Shown: positions 1-9,924, counted from the first letter of the stretch. The stretch is 64,000 bases of DNA from an uncultured Candidatus Saccharibacteria bacterium (GCA_965230975.1 OZ246402.1:864859-928858), one strand, 5' to 3'. Translations and numbers: made by a program. Notes: generated by a model from the letters alone, not told the origin.

Positions 1-1
1 A

Positions 2-682
2 TTAATTCAGTTTTCTGACGGTGGATCAAATTTTTTAACTCACAGAATTTCGATTTTAATAGCAAGGCTTCAAGTTGAGCCTGAATCGATTTTTAAAGAT
101 ACAGAATACGTTTCAGAAAATGCCACTTTATACAATAATCTATATTTTCTAATAAAGAATGCAATAAGAAGGTTTTTAATTAATTATCCAAGCGATAGTC
201 GTGAACCTAATATTGTTGCTCAAAACAGAAGGCTAAAAAGTTTAATAAATAATCCTTTAGGATTCTTTACAGTTGAAAAAATGTTTATTGAGCTTATTTT
301 TACCGAAGAGGATTTCAGATTAGCATGGGAATGGATTGGTATGCTAGAAAGAGGCGAGGATTTACCAATTTATGACCCCGAAACAGAAGTTAGGGAATTT
401 GAAATGAGTCGGATATTTGCAGAATTTATTCCCAATTTTGACACCGAGGTATCTGTGTTGGTTAATGAGTTAGATAGTTCTAAATTAAGCACTTCTGTAA
501 AGAAAATTGAATATTCTCGCATAGTAAATATTATTAACAATTTTGTGAAAGAGATTGCAAAAAGATTAGATTCGTTAAATATGAATTCTGATTTGTATGT
601 GATTAGAACTGTTTTAATTAACTCATTGGCAGATGATGTAAAAACCAAACTAACAGTAATGCTAATTGATGCAATGTCTTAA
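2..682 (+). CDS. hypothetical protein, probably 5'-partial (frame open to window edge; first ATG at 281)
   Basis: Frame 2 has no stop codon from nt 2 to the TAA at 680-682. The ORF track reports only the ATG-initiated 133-aa part (281..682). No recognisable motifs. Confidence 0.35.
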   Translation, partial: LIQFSDGGSNFLTHRISILIARLQVEPESIFKDTEYVSENATLYNNLYFLIKNAIRRFLINYPSDSREPNIVAQNRRLKSLINNPLGFFTVEKMFIELIFTEEDFRLAWEWIGMLERGEDLPIYDPETEVREFEMSRIFAEFIPNFDTEVSVLVNELDSSKLSTSVKKIEYSRIVNIINNFVKEIAKRLDSLNMNSDLYVIRTVLINSLADDVKTKLTVMLIDAMS

Positions 683-721
683 ATTTATTCTCCGAATTGC
701 TTATTAATTGGATCTAGGTAA

Positions 722-1285
722 TTAAGATTCTCTAGGTGGTTTTACGTAGCCTTGTCTAACTAAAAAATCTTCATTAAACCCTATTCTTAAGATTATTCCG
801 GTTAGAGAGTGATCTAGATTGTTATAAAACAAGAATGTACTAGATCTTATATCTGTGTTGTAATAGCCAATATTTAGTGGGGCTGTAAGTGCATTAGGTG
901 GTTCAAATTGGTTGCCTTCATGCTGTAAAAGATCAAATTCGATATTTGATGGTGGCATTCTGACAAATTTAAAGTCAGCTAGTATATCTGTAAATCGTAT
1001 TGCAGGATATTCTTCGTAAAGTCTTGATAAAAAATATCCTGCTTGAAAATAGAGTGCTTGTTTATGTTTACCTTTAAACTCAATTTTTAAATCGTTCTCT
1101 GCTTTTTTTATTTGTGTTGCTAGTTTTCTGGCCTGTTCTAGTAGAAATTCTATTAGTGTTGGTTTTAAATCTAGGTTTGGATATGCTTCTACAAAGCCTT
1201 CAAGTAAATTCTTGAATAGTATTTTTAGCTGAGGTTCAGATTCAGATTTTATTAGTAAGTCTGGTGGTATTTGTATTTTTGGCAT
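722..1285 (-). CDS. hypothetical protein (187 aa), divergent neighbour of the C5-methyltransferase
   Basis: Long ORF of typical composition. No Vsr (FVHGCFWH-type) or other nuclease motif recognised by eye. Confidence 0.5.
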   Translation of the reverse strand: MPKIQIPPDLLIKSESEPQLKILFKNLLEGFVEAYPNLDLKPTLIEFLLEQARKLATQIKKAENDLKIEFKGKHKQALYFQAGYFLSRLYEEYPAIRFTDILADFKFVRMPPSNIEFDLLQHEGNQFEPPNALTAPLNIGYYNTDIRSSTFLFYNNLDHSLTGIILRIGFNEDFLVRQGYVKPPRES

Positions 1286-1517
1286 ATTAATATTTGTTAT
1301 TCATAAATAGTAACTTAAGTAATGGATTTTACTATAATACTAGGTGTTTATGGAATATTCGAGGTGGTGAATCGAATACTTTAGTGTGAATGTAGAAAAC
1401 TTACTAATGCATTTCAATATTATAGAAACGTTTTGAATGTTTACTTGCACACCCTGAATTTTAATATTGCCAAATTACGGGTTCCTCGTGATAGAATAAA
1501 AAAACTTACGGAATATA

Positions 1518-2474
1518 ATGGCAAATTTAAATAAACTAAAAACAATTGATTTATTCGCTGGTATTGGAGGAATAAGAATAGCATTTGAAGAAGCAGGCTT
1601 TGAAACAATCTACTCCTCAGATTTTGACAAGTATTGCTCGGTAACATTTAATACAAATTTTGATAATCCTAAATTGGATTGCAAAGATATTAAGCAAACT
1701 ACCTCTCAAGATCTTCCAGATGCAGACTTATTACTAGGTGGGTTCCCTTGCCAACCATTTTCTATTGCCGGGTACAGAAGAGGCCTAAAAGACTCAGGCC
1801 GAGGAGATCTTTTCTTTGATATATTAAGAATCTTATCTGAAAAAAGACCTCCCGCATTTCTACTAGAAAACGTTAAAAATCTATACAGTCATGATAAAGG
1901 AGAGACCTATAAACTCATAAAATCTGAATTAGAAAAAATTGGATATAAAGTAAAAGAAAAAGTTTTAAACACAATGGAGTATGGGAACTTGCCACAGAAT
2001 AGAGAACGTATATACATTGTTGGATTTCTTGATGAAAACAGCTTTAATAAGTTTAATTTTCCCGAACCATTAGAGCTTAAAGTGAAAATTCAAGATTTAC
2101 TTGAAAGCAATGTCGCTGAAAAATATTACTATAATAACAAACCCTTATTTGATAAATTAAAGAATGATGTTGTAGATCAAAATATAGTTTATCAGTGGAG
2201 AAGGAAATATGTTCGTGCTAATAAAAAAGGTGTAAGCCCTACTTTGACAGCGAATATGGGTACAGGAGGTCATAACGTCCCTATTATTAAAGATATCAAG
2301 GGAATTCGGAAATTAACACCTAGAGAATGTGCAAGAATACAAGGTTTTCCAGATTCATACACTTTACCTACTCAATTGCCCGACTCTGCACTTTATAAGC
2401 AAATTGGTAATTCAGTTTCAATACCTGTTGTAAATAGAATCGCTTTAAATATTAAAAATGCTTTGATATCATAA
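1518..2474 (+). CDS. DNA (cytosine-5)-methyltransferase, Dcm/HhaI/HaeIII-like, 318 aa
   Basis: Motif I DLFAGIGG, motif IV GGFPCQPFSIAG (catalytic Pro-Cys), motif VI ENVKNL, C-terminal TPRECARIQGFPDSY and GNSVSIP. Short variable region implies a small target-recognition domain. Confidence 0.92.
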   Translation: MANLNKLKTIDLFAGIGGIRIAFEEAGFETIYSSDFDKYCSVTFNTNFDNPKLDCKDIKQTTSQDLPDADLLLGGFPCQPFSIAGYRRGLKDSGRGDLFFDILRILSEKRPPAFLLENVKNLYSHDKGETYKLIKSELEKIGYKVKEKVLNTMEYGNLPQNRERIYIVGFLDENSFNKFNFPEPLELKVKIQDLLESNVAEKYYYNNKPLFDKLKNDVVDQNIVYQWRRKYVRANKKGVSPTLTANMGTGGHNVPIIKDIKGIRKLTPRECARIQGFPDSYTLPTQLPDSALYKQIGNSVSIPVVNRIALNIKNALIS

Positions 2475-2478
2475 AGTT

Positions 2479-3621
2479 ATGATTTTCTTTAACCAGCAAA
2501 ACCCAGAATCTCAAAAGAATTATTTAAAATACTTAACAAATGTAGGTGCACTTTCTAATTTATTTTCAGATAATCTTATACCCTACATAAACTACAGGAC
2601 GACGGAAATAGCTTTCTGCAAAGCATTCTCTGCAGATAATCTGTCAAGATCAGATACAAGTGCAGATGCAGGTAAAGAAGGACTGGGCATAGGAATTAAA
2701 ACATTCATTAATGGAAATGGAAGTAGTTTTCAAAAGGTTGCCGAATTTAATAGAGATGTAAAAGAAATTAGATCTTTAAGCAAAGATCCAAAAAACTTAG
2801 CTTTAGCAGTATCGAACCTTAGAAATAGAAGACTTGAATTTGCTAAAGATTTACACAGTCTGAAAGAATTAATATATCACTGCATTGCAAGAGATGAGCA
2901 AGAGTTTATTCTTTTCGAGGAAAAAATGACACCTATTGATATACAAAGAATTAAAATTATTAATAGTTCCGACAAAATAATAGACTTCTCAGATGGTCAA
3001 AGTGATTATAAATTTAACTTATCTAAAAGTACTTTACTTAAAAGATTTACTACTGTAAATGAAGTTAAATTTTCTGTTCCTATTATAAAAGACCCATTTG
3101 ATTACCTTGATAACTTTGATTTTAATAGAATACAAAACGATATAAAGGTTGAACAGAAGGTTGTATTACCTTTATATTCACTTAGAGGAGAAAAACATGT
3201 TCCAGAATTTAGTGGGCTTAATCAGTGGAATGCTTCTGGTAGAACAAGAAAATTAAAAGAGGTTTACATACCTATTCCACTATGGATTCATAAAGTATTT
3301 CCTGATTTCTTTCCTGAAAGATCTACTAGTTTCAATTTATTGCTACCCAATAAAAAGATCATCAATGTGAGTGTTGTACAAGAAGGTGGTAAAGCATTAA
3401 TGTCCAACCCAAATACTGATTTAGGTGAATGGTTAATTGATGAAGTACTAAAAATAAACCCTGGTACTATTGTTACATATAGCCTATTAGAACAAATAGG
3501 AGTAGATTCAGTAGAATTAACAAAAATAAGTAGTGACTTATTCTATTTAAATTTCAAGAAAATAGGGGCATACGAGGAATTTTATAAGTTTCACTATGCA
3601 GTCAAAAATGAAAATAATTGA
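2479..3621 (+). CDS. hypothetical protein, 380 aa; candidate restriction endonuclease partner of the methyltransferase (inferred from linkage only)
   Basis: Starts 5 nt after the MTase stop on the same strand (operon-like). No clear PD-(D/E)xK or HNH motif recognised by eye. Confidence 0.4.
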   Translation: MIFFNQQNPESQKNYLKYLTNVGALSNLFSDNLIPYINYRTTEIAFCKAFSADNLSRSDTSADAGKEGLGIGIKTFINGNGSSFQKVAEFNRDVKEIRSLSKDPKNLALAVSNLRNRRLEFAKDLHSLKELIYHCIARDEQEFILFEEKMTPIDIQRIKIINSSDKIIDFSDGQSDYKFNLSKSTLLKRFTTVNEVKFSVPIIKDPFDYLDNFDFNRIQNDIKVEQKVVLPLYSLRGEKHVPEFSGLNQWNASGRTRKLKEVYIPIPLWIHKVFPDFFPERSTSFNLLLPNKKIINVSVVQEGGKALMSNPNTDLGEWLIDEVLKINPGTIVTYSLLEQIGVDSVELTKISSDLFYLNFKKIGAYEEFYKFHYAVKNENN

Positions 3622-3664
3622 CATGTATCCTAAGTGAAAGGTTTTTAAATATCAATATAGTAAC

Positions 3665-4234
3665 ATGACTGTTAAAAATAAATTGAAAGAGGAAATTGAC
3701 CCATACGAATTCATTCACATTGATATTGAGGATGAATTAGATAACCTTGCTAGAGAAAAAATTATAGGTGGAGGAAGGGATGGGATTGTGTTTAAGTTGA
3801 AAAATGGTACTGTTTGTAAAATTTATATAAATGCAATCCCTTCTAGACATTTACGTGAACATCTTAAATACTTGCTTTCTATATCTGGAAAGCTTTCAAA
3901 GTTAACCAAAATATCACTAGATAGAGATCCGGCTAAGCTTGCAGATCCCTTAAATATTGCAACGCATCACTTAATTGTAAGTAACTATATCAAACAAAAT
4001 CCAGACTGGGATAATATAGTTGTAGTCGAAATACAAGGCATAGCATATTACTGTGGAAAACCAATCGGCATTATTATGCAAAATCTAGAAGGAATACCAA
4101 GTGCAATAAATTCTCATGCTGATCTTTTACAATTAGCAGAAGCGGTAGAAAGGAATACTGGGATTGTACTCGATAAATTTGGAAGAAATGTTATGATAAC
4201 GTCTAACACTAGAGTACTTATAGATATCTTATAG
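3665..4234 (+). CDS. hypothetical protein, 189 aa, with protein-kinase-like glycine loop
   Basis: IIGGGRDGIVFKLK resembles a kinase G-loop plus the Lys of the VAIK motif. Later LDKFGRNVMITSN and VLIDIL could be catalytic-loop and DFG equivalents. Weak. Confidence 0.45.
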   Translation: MTVKNKLKEEIDPYEFIHIDIEDELDNLAREKIIGGGRDGIVFKLKNGTVCKIYINAIPSRHLREHLKYLLSISGKLSKLTKISLDRDPAKLADPLNIATHHLIVSNYIKQNPDWDNIVVVEIQGIAYYCGKPIGIIMQNLEGIPSAINSHADLLQLAEAVERNTGIVLDKFGRNVMITSNTRVLIDIL

Positions 4235-4333
4235 TAATTTAATTCTACATGGATGATCAACACCAAAATATTCTAAAGTAATCTCTAAAGAAGAACAAAA
4301 AACACCCTCGGTATAAAGACAGTCACAATCTCA

Positions 4334-4342
4334 TGCTATAAT
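4334..4342 (+). promoter_or_regulatory. extended -10 promoter element TGCTATAAT
   Basis: TGnTATAAT lies 27 nt upstream of the ATG at 4369. Confidence 0.25.
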
Positions 4343-4368
4343 CAATATATACTTAGGCAAAATTTAGC

Positions 4369-5025
4369 ATGACTTTCAATCTAGACAACCAAATCATAAC
4401 CACAGATGGTACTTGTAGCAGAGTAGTTTGTGGATTATTTGAAATAGAGGGTGGAGTAGAGACATTTACAAATATAATCCGTAACAAGAGAGTACTCTTA
4501 CTTGGAGCAGGTATACCAATAGTAGCCCTACAGGCATATTCACACTTAGGCTATAACGACCCAACATGCATTATCAGCATGGACGCAAGGTATGGTACAA
4601 ACTTACATGATATGCAACCAAGACTAGATCAAGCCTTAAAACAATACCCCCTTGAAATACAAGAAAGAGTCAAAGAACAATTACTAACAGCAAACTGGAA
4701 CGACCCTGCATTTGCAGATAACCTTAAACCCTTTGACTACATACTTGCAACAGGAAGCTACTTGTACTACAGCAACACATATACAGAAGAGTCTATGAGA
4801 ACAATACTAGCAACATTAGCACCGGGTGGAGAATTTAGAGCAGAAGCACCATATTGGGGAGTCATAAACCAACAACTTTTAAACGCAAGAGATTTTGTAA
4901 ATAGCATACCTGGCTATTCTGCAGAAATTAGGCTTAATGAAAATTCAGAATGGGTTGATAAAGCAGCAAATATAATGATGCCAGAATACCTATATATACT
5001 AATAAAAAGAGATGGTGAGATATAG
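4369..5025 (+). CDS. hypothetical Rossmann-fold protein, possibly SAM-dependent methyltransferase-like, 218 aa
   Basis: VLLLGAGIP (glycine-rich motif I-like), acidic ISMDA about 20 residues later, then FDYILATGS and LAPGGEF, resembling methyltransferase motifs II-IV. Low certainty. Confidence 0.35.
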   Translation: MTFNLDNQIITTDGTCSRVVCGLFEIEGGVETFTNIIRNKRVLLLGAGIPIVALQAYSHLGYNDPTCIISMDARYGTNLHDMQPRLDQALKQYPLEIQERVKEQLLTANWNDPAFADNLKPFDYILATGSYLYYSNTYTEESMRTILATLAPGGEFRAEAPYWGVINQQLLNARDFVNSIPGYSAEIRLNENSEWVDKAANIMMPEYLYILIKRDGEI

Positions 5026-5095
5026 CTTTTAAATGCTAACTTTAGTCTTCACTAATTCCACATCGGATTACCAACAACAAATTACTTATCTAAAC

Positions 5096-5674
5096 TTATA
5101 ACTCACCATAACTATAATCATCAGGGTCATCTGAATCATCATCAAAACTCTGCCCATCTTCATCTTCAAAGTCATCATCATCTAATTCTTGTGTTCCAAT
5201 TAAATACCTGAAATATACACGTTCATAATCATTATAAAAATTTAAATGATTTGATATAGCATCACTTACAGCTCCGTCAGTGCAAAACCAATTACTAAAT
5301 TTAGGGAAAAACTCTTCTACATACGCAGTAAAAATTGCACGGCTTATAGAATCATCAATATGATCAATAGCAAATTGATTTAAAGTTACAAAAGGATTTG
5401 CATTATCTAAACCATGAATTGCATATAAAAAATTATAAACCATTGTACAAACCTCCAAATCTTCTTCTGAACCATTGTAACTACTAATTCTATCTACCAA
5501 ATAGCTTAAAATTGGATCATTCTCTGATTCCAAATACCAACTATCGTGTGTATCAAAATACTTATGGTTCCACCCAACAAAATCTTTAATATCTTTCATA
5601 ATTACCTTTGCACTTTGCTTAAAAAGCTCGTACTTACTAGCTGAAGGTAAGTCCAATTGTGGATTTAAAGACAT
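5096..5674 (-). CDS. hypothetical protein, 192 aa, with extremely acidic C-terminal tail
   Basis: C-terminus LDDDDFEDEDGQSFDDDSDDPDDYSYGEL. Confidence 0.5.
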   Translation of the reverse strand: MSLNPQLDLPSASKYELFKQSAKVIMKDIKDFVGWNHKYFDTHDSWYLESENDPILSYLVDRISSYNGSEEDLEVCTMVYNFLYAIHGLDNANPFVTLNQFAIDHIDDSISRAIFTAYVEEFFPKFSNWFCTDGAVSDAISNHLNFYNDYERVYFRYLIGTQELDDDDFEDEDGQSFDDDSDDPDDYSYGEL

Positions 5675-5782
5675 ATTTTAAAAATAATTAAAAAGATAAT
5701 AACGCACGATTGAAAGTTTGAGAAGACATATCCATTAACTTAAAAATAAGTTACAATTTTAAATACCTATAAATAAAAAATC

Positions 5783-6571
5783 ATGTCCGAAACTGTTGTT
5801 CCAATAATCTTCTTGATTGCAATAATCCCAATAACAATAATATTCGTAATCTACATAAAAAGATTTATACAACTATTTCATTCAACAAACATAAACCAAA
5901 CATTAAAAGATATTCAAGAACTAACAAATGGGCAAGCTCTAAACCCTATTGACATACAGACAATAAACTTTTTACCAAACTCAACCAAACAACTAAAAAG
6001 ATTTTCCACTTCTCTACAAATAACAATAAACCAACAAATAAACGACACCCCAATTATTGGACTATCTAATATAGATACATTTCTACTATCTTTGTGGAAC
6101 ATAGCATCTGGGGTAGCATATATAGGGCAAAACCAGTTCAAATTTATTGAAAATAAACTTGGAACAAAATATTACTTAAACAATACTTACATTGGATATG
6201 AACCAAAGGTATTTCAAATATATAGCTATGGACACAGAAAACTATTTAGAAACCACATAATTAATGCAAATGGTGAAAAAGTATTAAAACTACCGTATAC
6301 ATTAATTGCTTTAAAGGGAAGTGCTACATCAAAAACTCACACATTAACAGAATCAATTGCTAACCAGACTCTTACAAAATTACAAACTTTTGGAGATATA
6401 AAATCTATCTTAGACTATTCAACAAACAAAGAAATTGCACAATTTGAATTTAAAGCTACTACAGATATTGCAAGTATGTCTTCAGAACTCAAAATACTTG
6501 ATAGCAATATTGACCCAAAAACAAAAGAATTAATAATAGCAATGTTCTTAGCAACACAAATGGGAATATAA
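5783..6571 (+). CDS. hypothetical membrane-anchored protein, 262 aa
   Basis: N-terminal hydrophobic segment VVPIIFLIAIIPITIIFVIYI. Rest is polar and Asn/Thr-rich. Confidence 0.5.
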   Translation: MSETVVPIIFLIAIIPITIIFVIYIKRFIQLFHSTNINQTLKDIQELTNGQALNPIDIQTINFLPNSTKQLKRFSTSLQITINQQINDTPIIGLSNIDTFLLSLWNIASGVAYIGQNQFKFIENKLGTKYYLNNTYIGYEPKVFQIYSYGHRKLFRNHIINANGEKVLKLPYTLIALKGSATSKTHTLTESIANQTLTKLQTFGDIKSILDYSTNKEIAQFEFKATTDIASMSSELKILDSNIDPKTKELIIAMFLATQMGI

Positions 6572-6625
6572 ATTATAAATATATAGTACAATACAGTTTA
6601 TAAACACTGAAAGGATTTAAATTAC

Positions 6626-7663
6626 ATGTCTACGCAACAAACAGACTATAAACAAAATATATTACTGACAAGAGACATACTGACTAACTCCAGTTTAGAA
6701 GTAATAATTGAAGATGATAGATATACAGGCGAACTAGCAACCAAGCTAGGTAGACTAATATCACTAATAATACAGTGTAAATTTCCTGATTATCTAACTA
6801 ATGATCACCTAATATTTGCGAACTTCAGTGAAACACAACCTGGTTATGCATGGAGAGCGAAACAAAATGGTATTCCTAAATCTTTTCTTCAATTATCATT
6901 TGATGAACAAATATTAAAAATGTTTATAGAAAATGTTATAACCAATTTGAGACCTGCAAAATACTTGGGAACTCTTGAGGAAAAACTCGATTACTTACTT
7001 AACCACCCGGAATTAAATGAATATCTTACTAAGAGCAGACTTATATTATTAACACGAGCCCAGATATCTCATATTTACCATGAGTTGATGCATAACTTTA
7101 TCAATAAAATATATGAAACAAGAGCTAATTTAATTAATATTGAAGAATTATCAGAAAAGTTGAAAGAACATCAAATCTTTATTGATAAGATACAGGAAAA
7201 AATGATAGCAAGATTGGGAGGTGAGAGCTGGGGAGATATAGATTATGCAGAATTAATTGAAGCTAATAATGTTGCACTTGTGCAAACCTTACTTGAACTC
7301 TCTAAAGATGACCTAGAGGCTTTTGCATCTTTTGCTACTACATATAATGTAGGTGTACAAGAATTGTGGATAAGGTTAGAAGAAGCAAGAGCGGACTACT
7401 TTACAATAAAGCACGGCAGAGAGAAGCCGTTATATCCAAGTGCTGAAAGCGTTATTAACGAACTTAGAGACTTTAATTACATAGGCCAAATGTATTTACC
7501 AGGAATTGAAAAAGTTTCTAGTCTGCAAAATCTAACTGAAGATTCTTTCGAATTAACTCCAGAAATTATAGACAAATATATTAAAGAAACTATCATTCCT
7601 ATGCTAGACAGAAAGGCTATCAAATTAGAATGGGAAAGATTAAAGAAACTATCTAATTTATGA
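6626..7663 (+). CDS. hypothetical protein, 345 aa, with HExxH motif
   Basis: ISHIYHELMHNFINK contains HELMH. Start lies 54 nt after the previous gene and the ORF overlaps the next gene by 4 nt. Confidence 0.5.
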   Translation: MSTQQTDYKQNILLTRDILTNSSLEVIIEDDRYTGELATKLGRLISLIIQCKFPDYLTNDHLIFANFSETQPGYAWRAKQNGIPKSFLQLSFDEQILKMFIENVITNLRPAKYLGTLEEKLDYLLNHPELNEYLTKSRLILLTRAQISHIYHELMHNFINKIYETRANLINIEELSEKLKEHQIFIDKIQEKMIARLGGESWGDIDYAELIEANNVALVQTLLELSKDDLEAFASFATTYNVGVQELWIRLEEARADYFTIKHGREKPLYPSAESVINELRDFNYIGQMYLPGIEKVSSLQNLTEDSFELTPEIIDKYIKETIIPMLDRKAIKLEWERLKKLSNL

Positions 7664-8898
7664 TTTCTACTCAACTTTGGGATGTTATAGTTATTGGTGG
7701 TGGCCCAGCAGGCATGATGGCAGCTGCATTTGCATCTGAAAGAGGCAAAAAAGTACTACTACTAGAAAAAAACTCAATACTAGGTAAAAAGTTATTAATA
7801 ACCGGAGGAGGAAGATGCAACCTAACTAACTACAAACCAGAACCCACAACATTAATAAACAACTTCAAAGACAAACCAAAAGCACTATATTCAATATTCA
7901 CCCAATTTGGAGTAGAAGAAACAATCCAATACTTTAACCTTCACGGAATGCCAACAAAAATAGAAGCAGAAGGCAGAGTATTCCCCGAATCAAACAAAGC
8001 AGAAAGCGTGTGGCAAGTACTAGTAAACCACTTAAAAACAACCAACGTAACAATAAAATCAAACACTAAAGTAACAAAAATAGAGAAAGAAAAAGAAACA
8101 ATAACAGTACACACAAAAGATAGTAGTTATGTAGCAAAATCTTGCATAGTCGCAACAGGAGGCACATCTCACCCAGAAACAGGATCTACAGGAGATGGAT
8201 ACGCATGGTTAAAAAACTTAGGACACACAATAATAGAAAACAACTATTCTTTGGTACCAATAGCAATAAAAGAAAAATGGGTAAAAGAATTATCTGGAGT
8301 AACACTACAAGACATAAAAATAACAATCACACTAGATGGCAAAATAAAAGAATCTAAAAAAGGGAAAATACTATTTACACACTTTGGAGTAAGTGGCCCA
8401 ACAGTACTAAATTTAAGCAGTACAGTACGCGATTTATTACAATATGGAACAGTAATTTTGAATTTGGACTTACTACCACACCTTGACCAAGCACAACTAA
8501 GAACAGAACTACACAACACCCTAACACAAGATATAAACAAGAAAATTAAAAACACACTAAGCAATTTAATACCCGCATCTTTAGTAAACACAGTAATAGA
8601 ACTAGCACAAATAGACCCAGACAAACCAAACCACAGCATAACAAAAGAGGAACGAGCAAGATTAATAAAAACATTAAAAGAGATGCCAATGAGCGTTAAA
8701 GGATTACTTGGTGCAGATAAAGCAATAGTATCTAGCGGAGGTGTAAAAATTGAAGAGGTAAACTTTCAAACAATGGAATCTAAAATAGTCCCAGGTCTTT
8801 ATATTATTGGAGACTTATTAAACATAGATAGACCATCTGGTGGTTATAGCCTTCAAATATGTTGGAGTAGTGGGTATGTGGCCGGGTCGAGATGCTAG
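7660..8898 (+). CDS. FAD-dependent oxidoreductase, HI0933/YhiN (aminoacetone oxidase-like) family
   Basis: N-terminal Rossmann DVIVIGGGPAGMMAAA, family signature ITGGGRCNLTN, 412 aa. Confidence 0.8.
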   Translation: MISTQLWDVIVIGGGPAGMMAAAFASERGKKVLLLEKNSILGKKLLITGGGRCNLTNYKPEPTTLINNFKDKPKALYSIFTQFGVEETIQYFNLHGMPTKIEAEGRVFPESNKAESVWQVLVNHLKTTNVTIKSNTKVTKIEKEKETITVHTKDSSYVAKSCIVATGGTSHPETGSTGDGYAWLKNLGHTIIENNYSLVPIAIKEKWVKELSGVTLQDIKITITLDGKIKESKKGKILFTHFGVSGPTVLNLSSTVRDLLQYGTVILNLDLLPHLDQAQLRTELHNTLTQDINKKIKNTLSNLIPASLVNTVIELAQIDPDKPNHSITKEERARLIKTLKEMPMSVKGLLGADKAIVSSGGVKIEEVNFQTMESKIVPGLYIIGDLLNIDRPSGGYSLQICWSSGYVAGSRC

Positions 8899-9031
8899 CT
8901 TTATGTTTAGAACTACTCGAAAATTCGATTAGTTCAAATCTTACAGAAACCTTACAATTTGGAAAATTCTTATAGACAATAATCAGTATACACATACTAG
9001 AATATAAGATCATTTATTTTGTAAAATTTCG

Positions 9032-9826
9032 ATGAAAGAGATTGAAAACAACAAGACATTTTACTTTGTTGATGAATCTGGAGACCCAATATTCTTTGAT
9101 AAATATGGAAGAAACCTTATAACACGAGACCTAGCTTCACCAATTTTGATCTTAGGATTCATATATACAAAAAATGCCTCTGTTTTACGCAAAGAAATAA
9201 TAAAACTACAAGATGCTGTAATTAATGACAAATACTTATGTAAAATACCATCCTGGAATAAAAGTATAGTTTCATTTCATGCAAAAGATGACTGTCCCGA
9301 AGTTAGGGAAAAAGTATTTAAGTTGATTAAAGATTTAGATTTCAAAGCACAAGTTATCGTAGCAAGAAAAATAGAAGATATTTTTAGAAAGAAACATAAT
9401 GGTGATCCTGAAGAATTCTATTCGGATTTAATCACAAAATTATTTAAAAATAGACTTCATTTAAACAACGATATAACTATTTGCTTTGCAGCAAGAGGAA
9501 ATAAGAATAAACAAGATTATCTTGAGAATGCAATTCAAACAGCTAAAAATGAATTTGACCTAAAATGGAAATACAAGAACAATAATGCTATTAACATCTA
9601 TTCTAATATTCCAAGCAAAGAACCTTGTCTACAGATAATTGACTATGTAGAGTGGGCAATTCAAAGAGCATTTATCAAAAAGGAAACTAGATATATTGAA
9701 TTTATTCTAGATAAAGTCAGTATGATTTGGGACCTATATGATTTTGAGAATTATAAAAGAAAACCAGGAGGAGTTATTTATACTAAAAAGAATCAATTCA
9801 ATTTAAATAAAATAAGTCCTTTTTAA
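9032..9826 (+). CDS. DUF3800-like protein, 264 aa
   Basis: N-terminal FYFVDESGDP (DESG motif), the hallmark of DUF3800 as I recall it. Length is typical for the family. Confidence 0.45.
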   Translation: MKEIENNKTFYFVDESGDPIFFDKYGRNLITRDLASPILILGFIYTKNASVLRKEIIKLQDAVINDKYLCKIPSWNKSIVSFHAKDDCPEVREKVFKLIKDLDFKAQVIVARKIEDIFRKKHNGDPEEFYSDLITKLFKNRLHLNNDITICFAARGNKNKQDYLENAIQTAKNEFDLKWKYKNNNAINIYSNIPSKEPCLQIIDYVEWAIQRAFIKKETRYIEFILDKVSMIWDLYDFENYKRKPGGVIYTKKNQFNLNKISPF

Positions 9827-9924
9827 GCTAGTGAGCTTTCGCTCAGCACGGCATGTAGCCGACTTTCACTTATCAGGACTTACTCATAGTATAAGAAATT
9901 AACCGTAAAAAGTCAAAAAATACT

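Noticed and set aside
722-1285. Considered whether the 187-aa protein beside the Dcm-type MTase is a Vsr very-short-patch repair endonuclease
   Set aside because: No FVHGCFWH-type or other Vsr signature motifs visible.
5914-6141. 75-aa minus-strand ORF inside 5783..6571; also 7477..7674 (-) and 370..648 (-)
   Set aside because: Antisense to longer ORFs in gene-dense operon context. No support.
8142-8639. ORFs 8142..8357 (+) and 8244..8639 (-) inside the FAD oxidoreductase gene; also 8804..9013 (-)
   Set aside because: Embedded in or overlapping a gene with clear family signatures. Arg/Lys-rich artefactual translations.
9836-9900. Relatively GC-rich patch (gctagtgagctttcgctcagcacggcatgtagccgac) between DUF3800 and metK; considered tRNA, sRNA or terminator
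   Set aside because: Only a 5-bp stem (tgagc/gctca), no cloverleaf, no U tract. Insufficient evidence.
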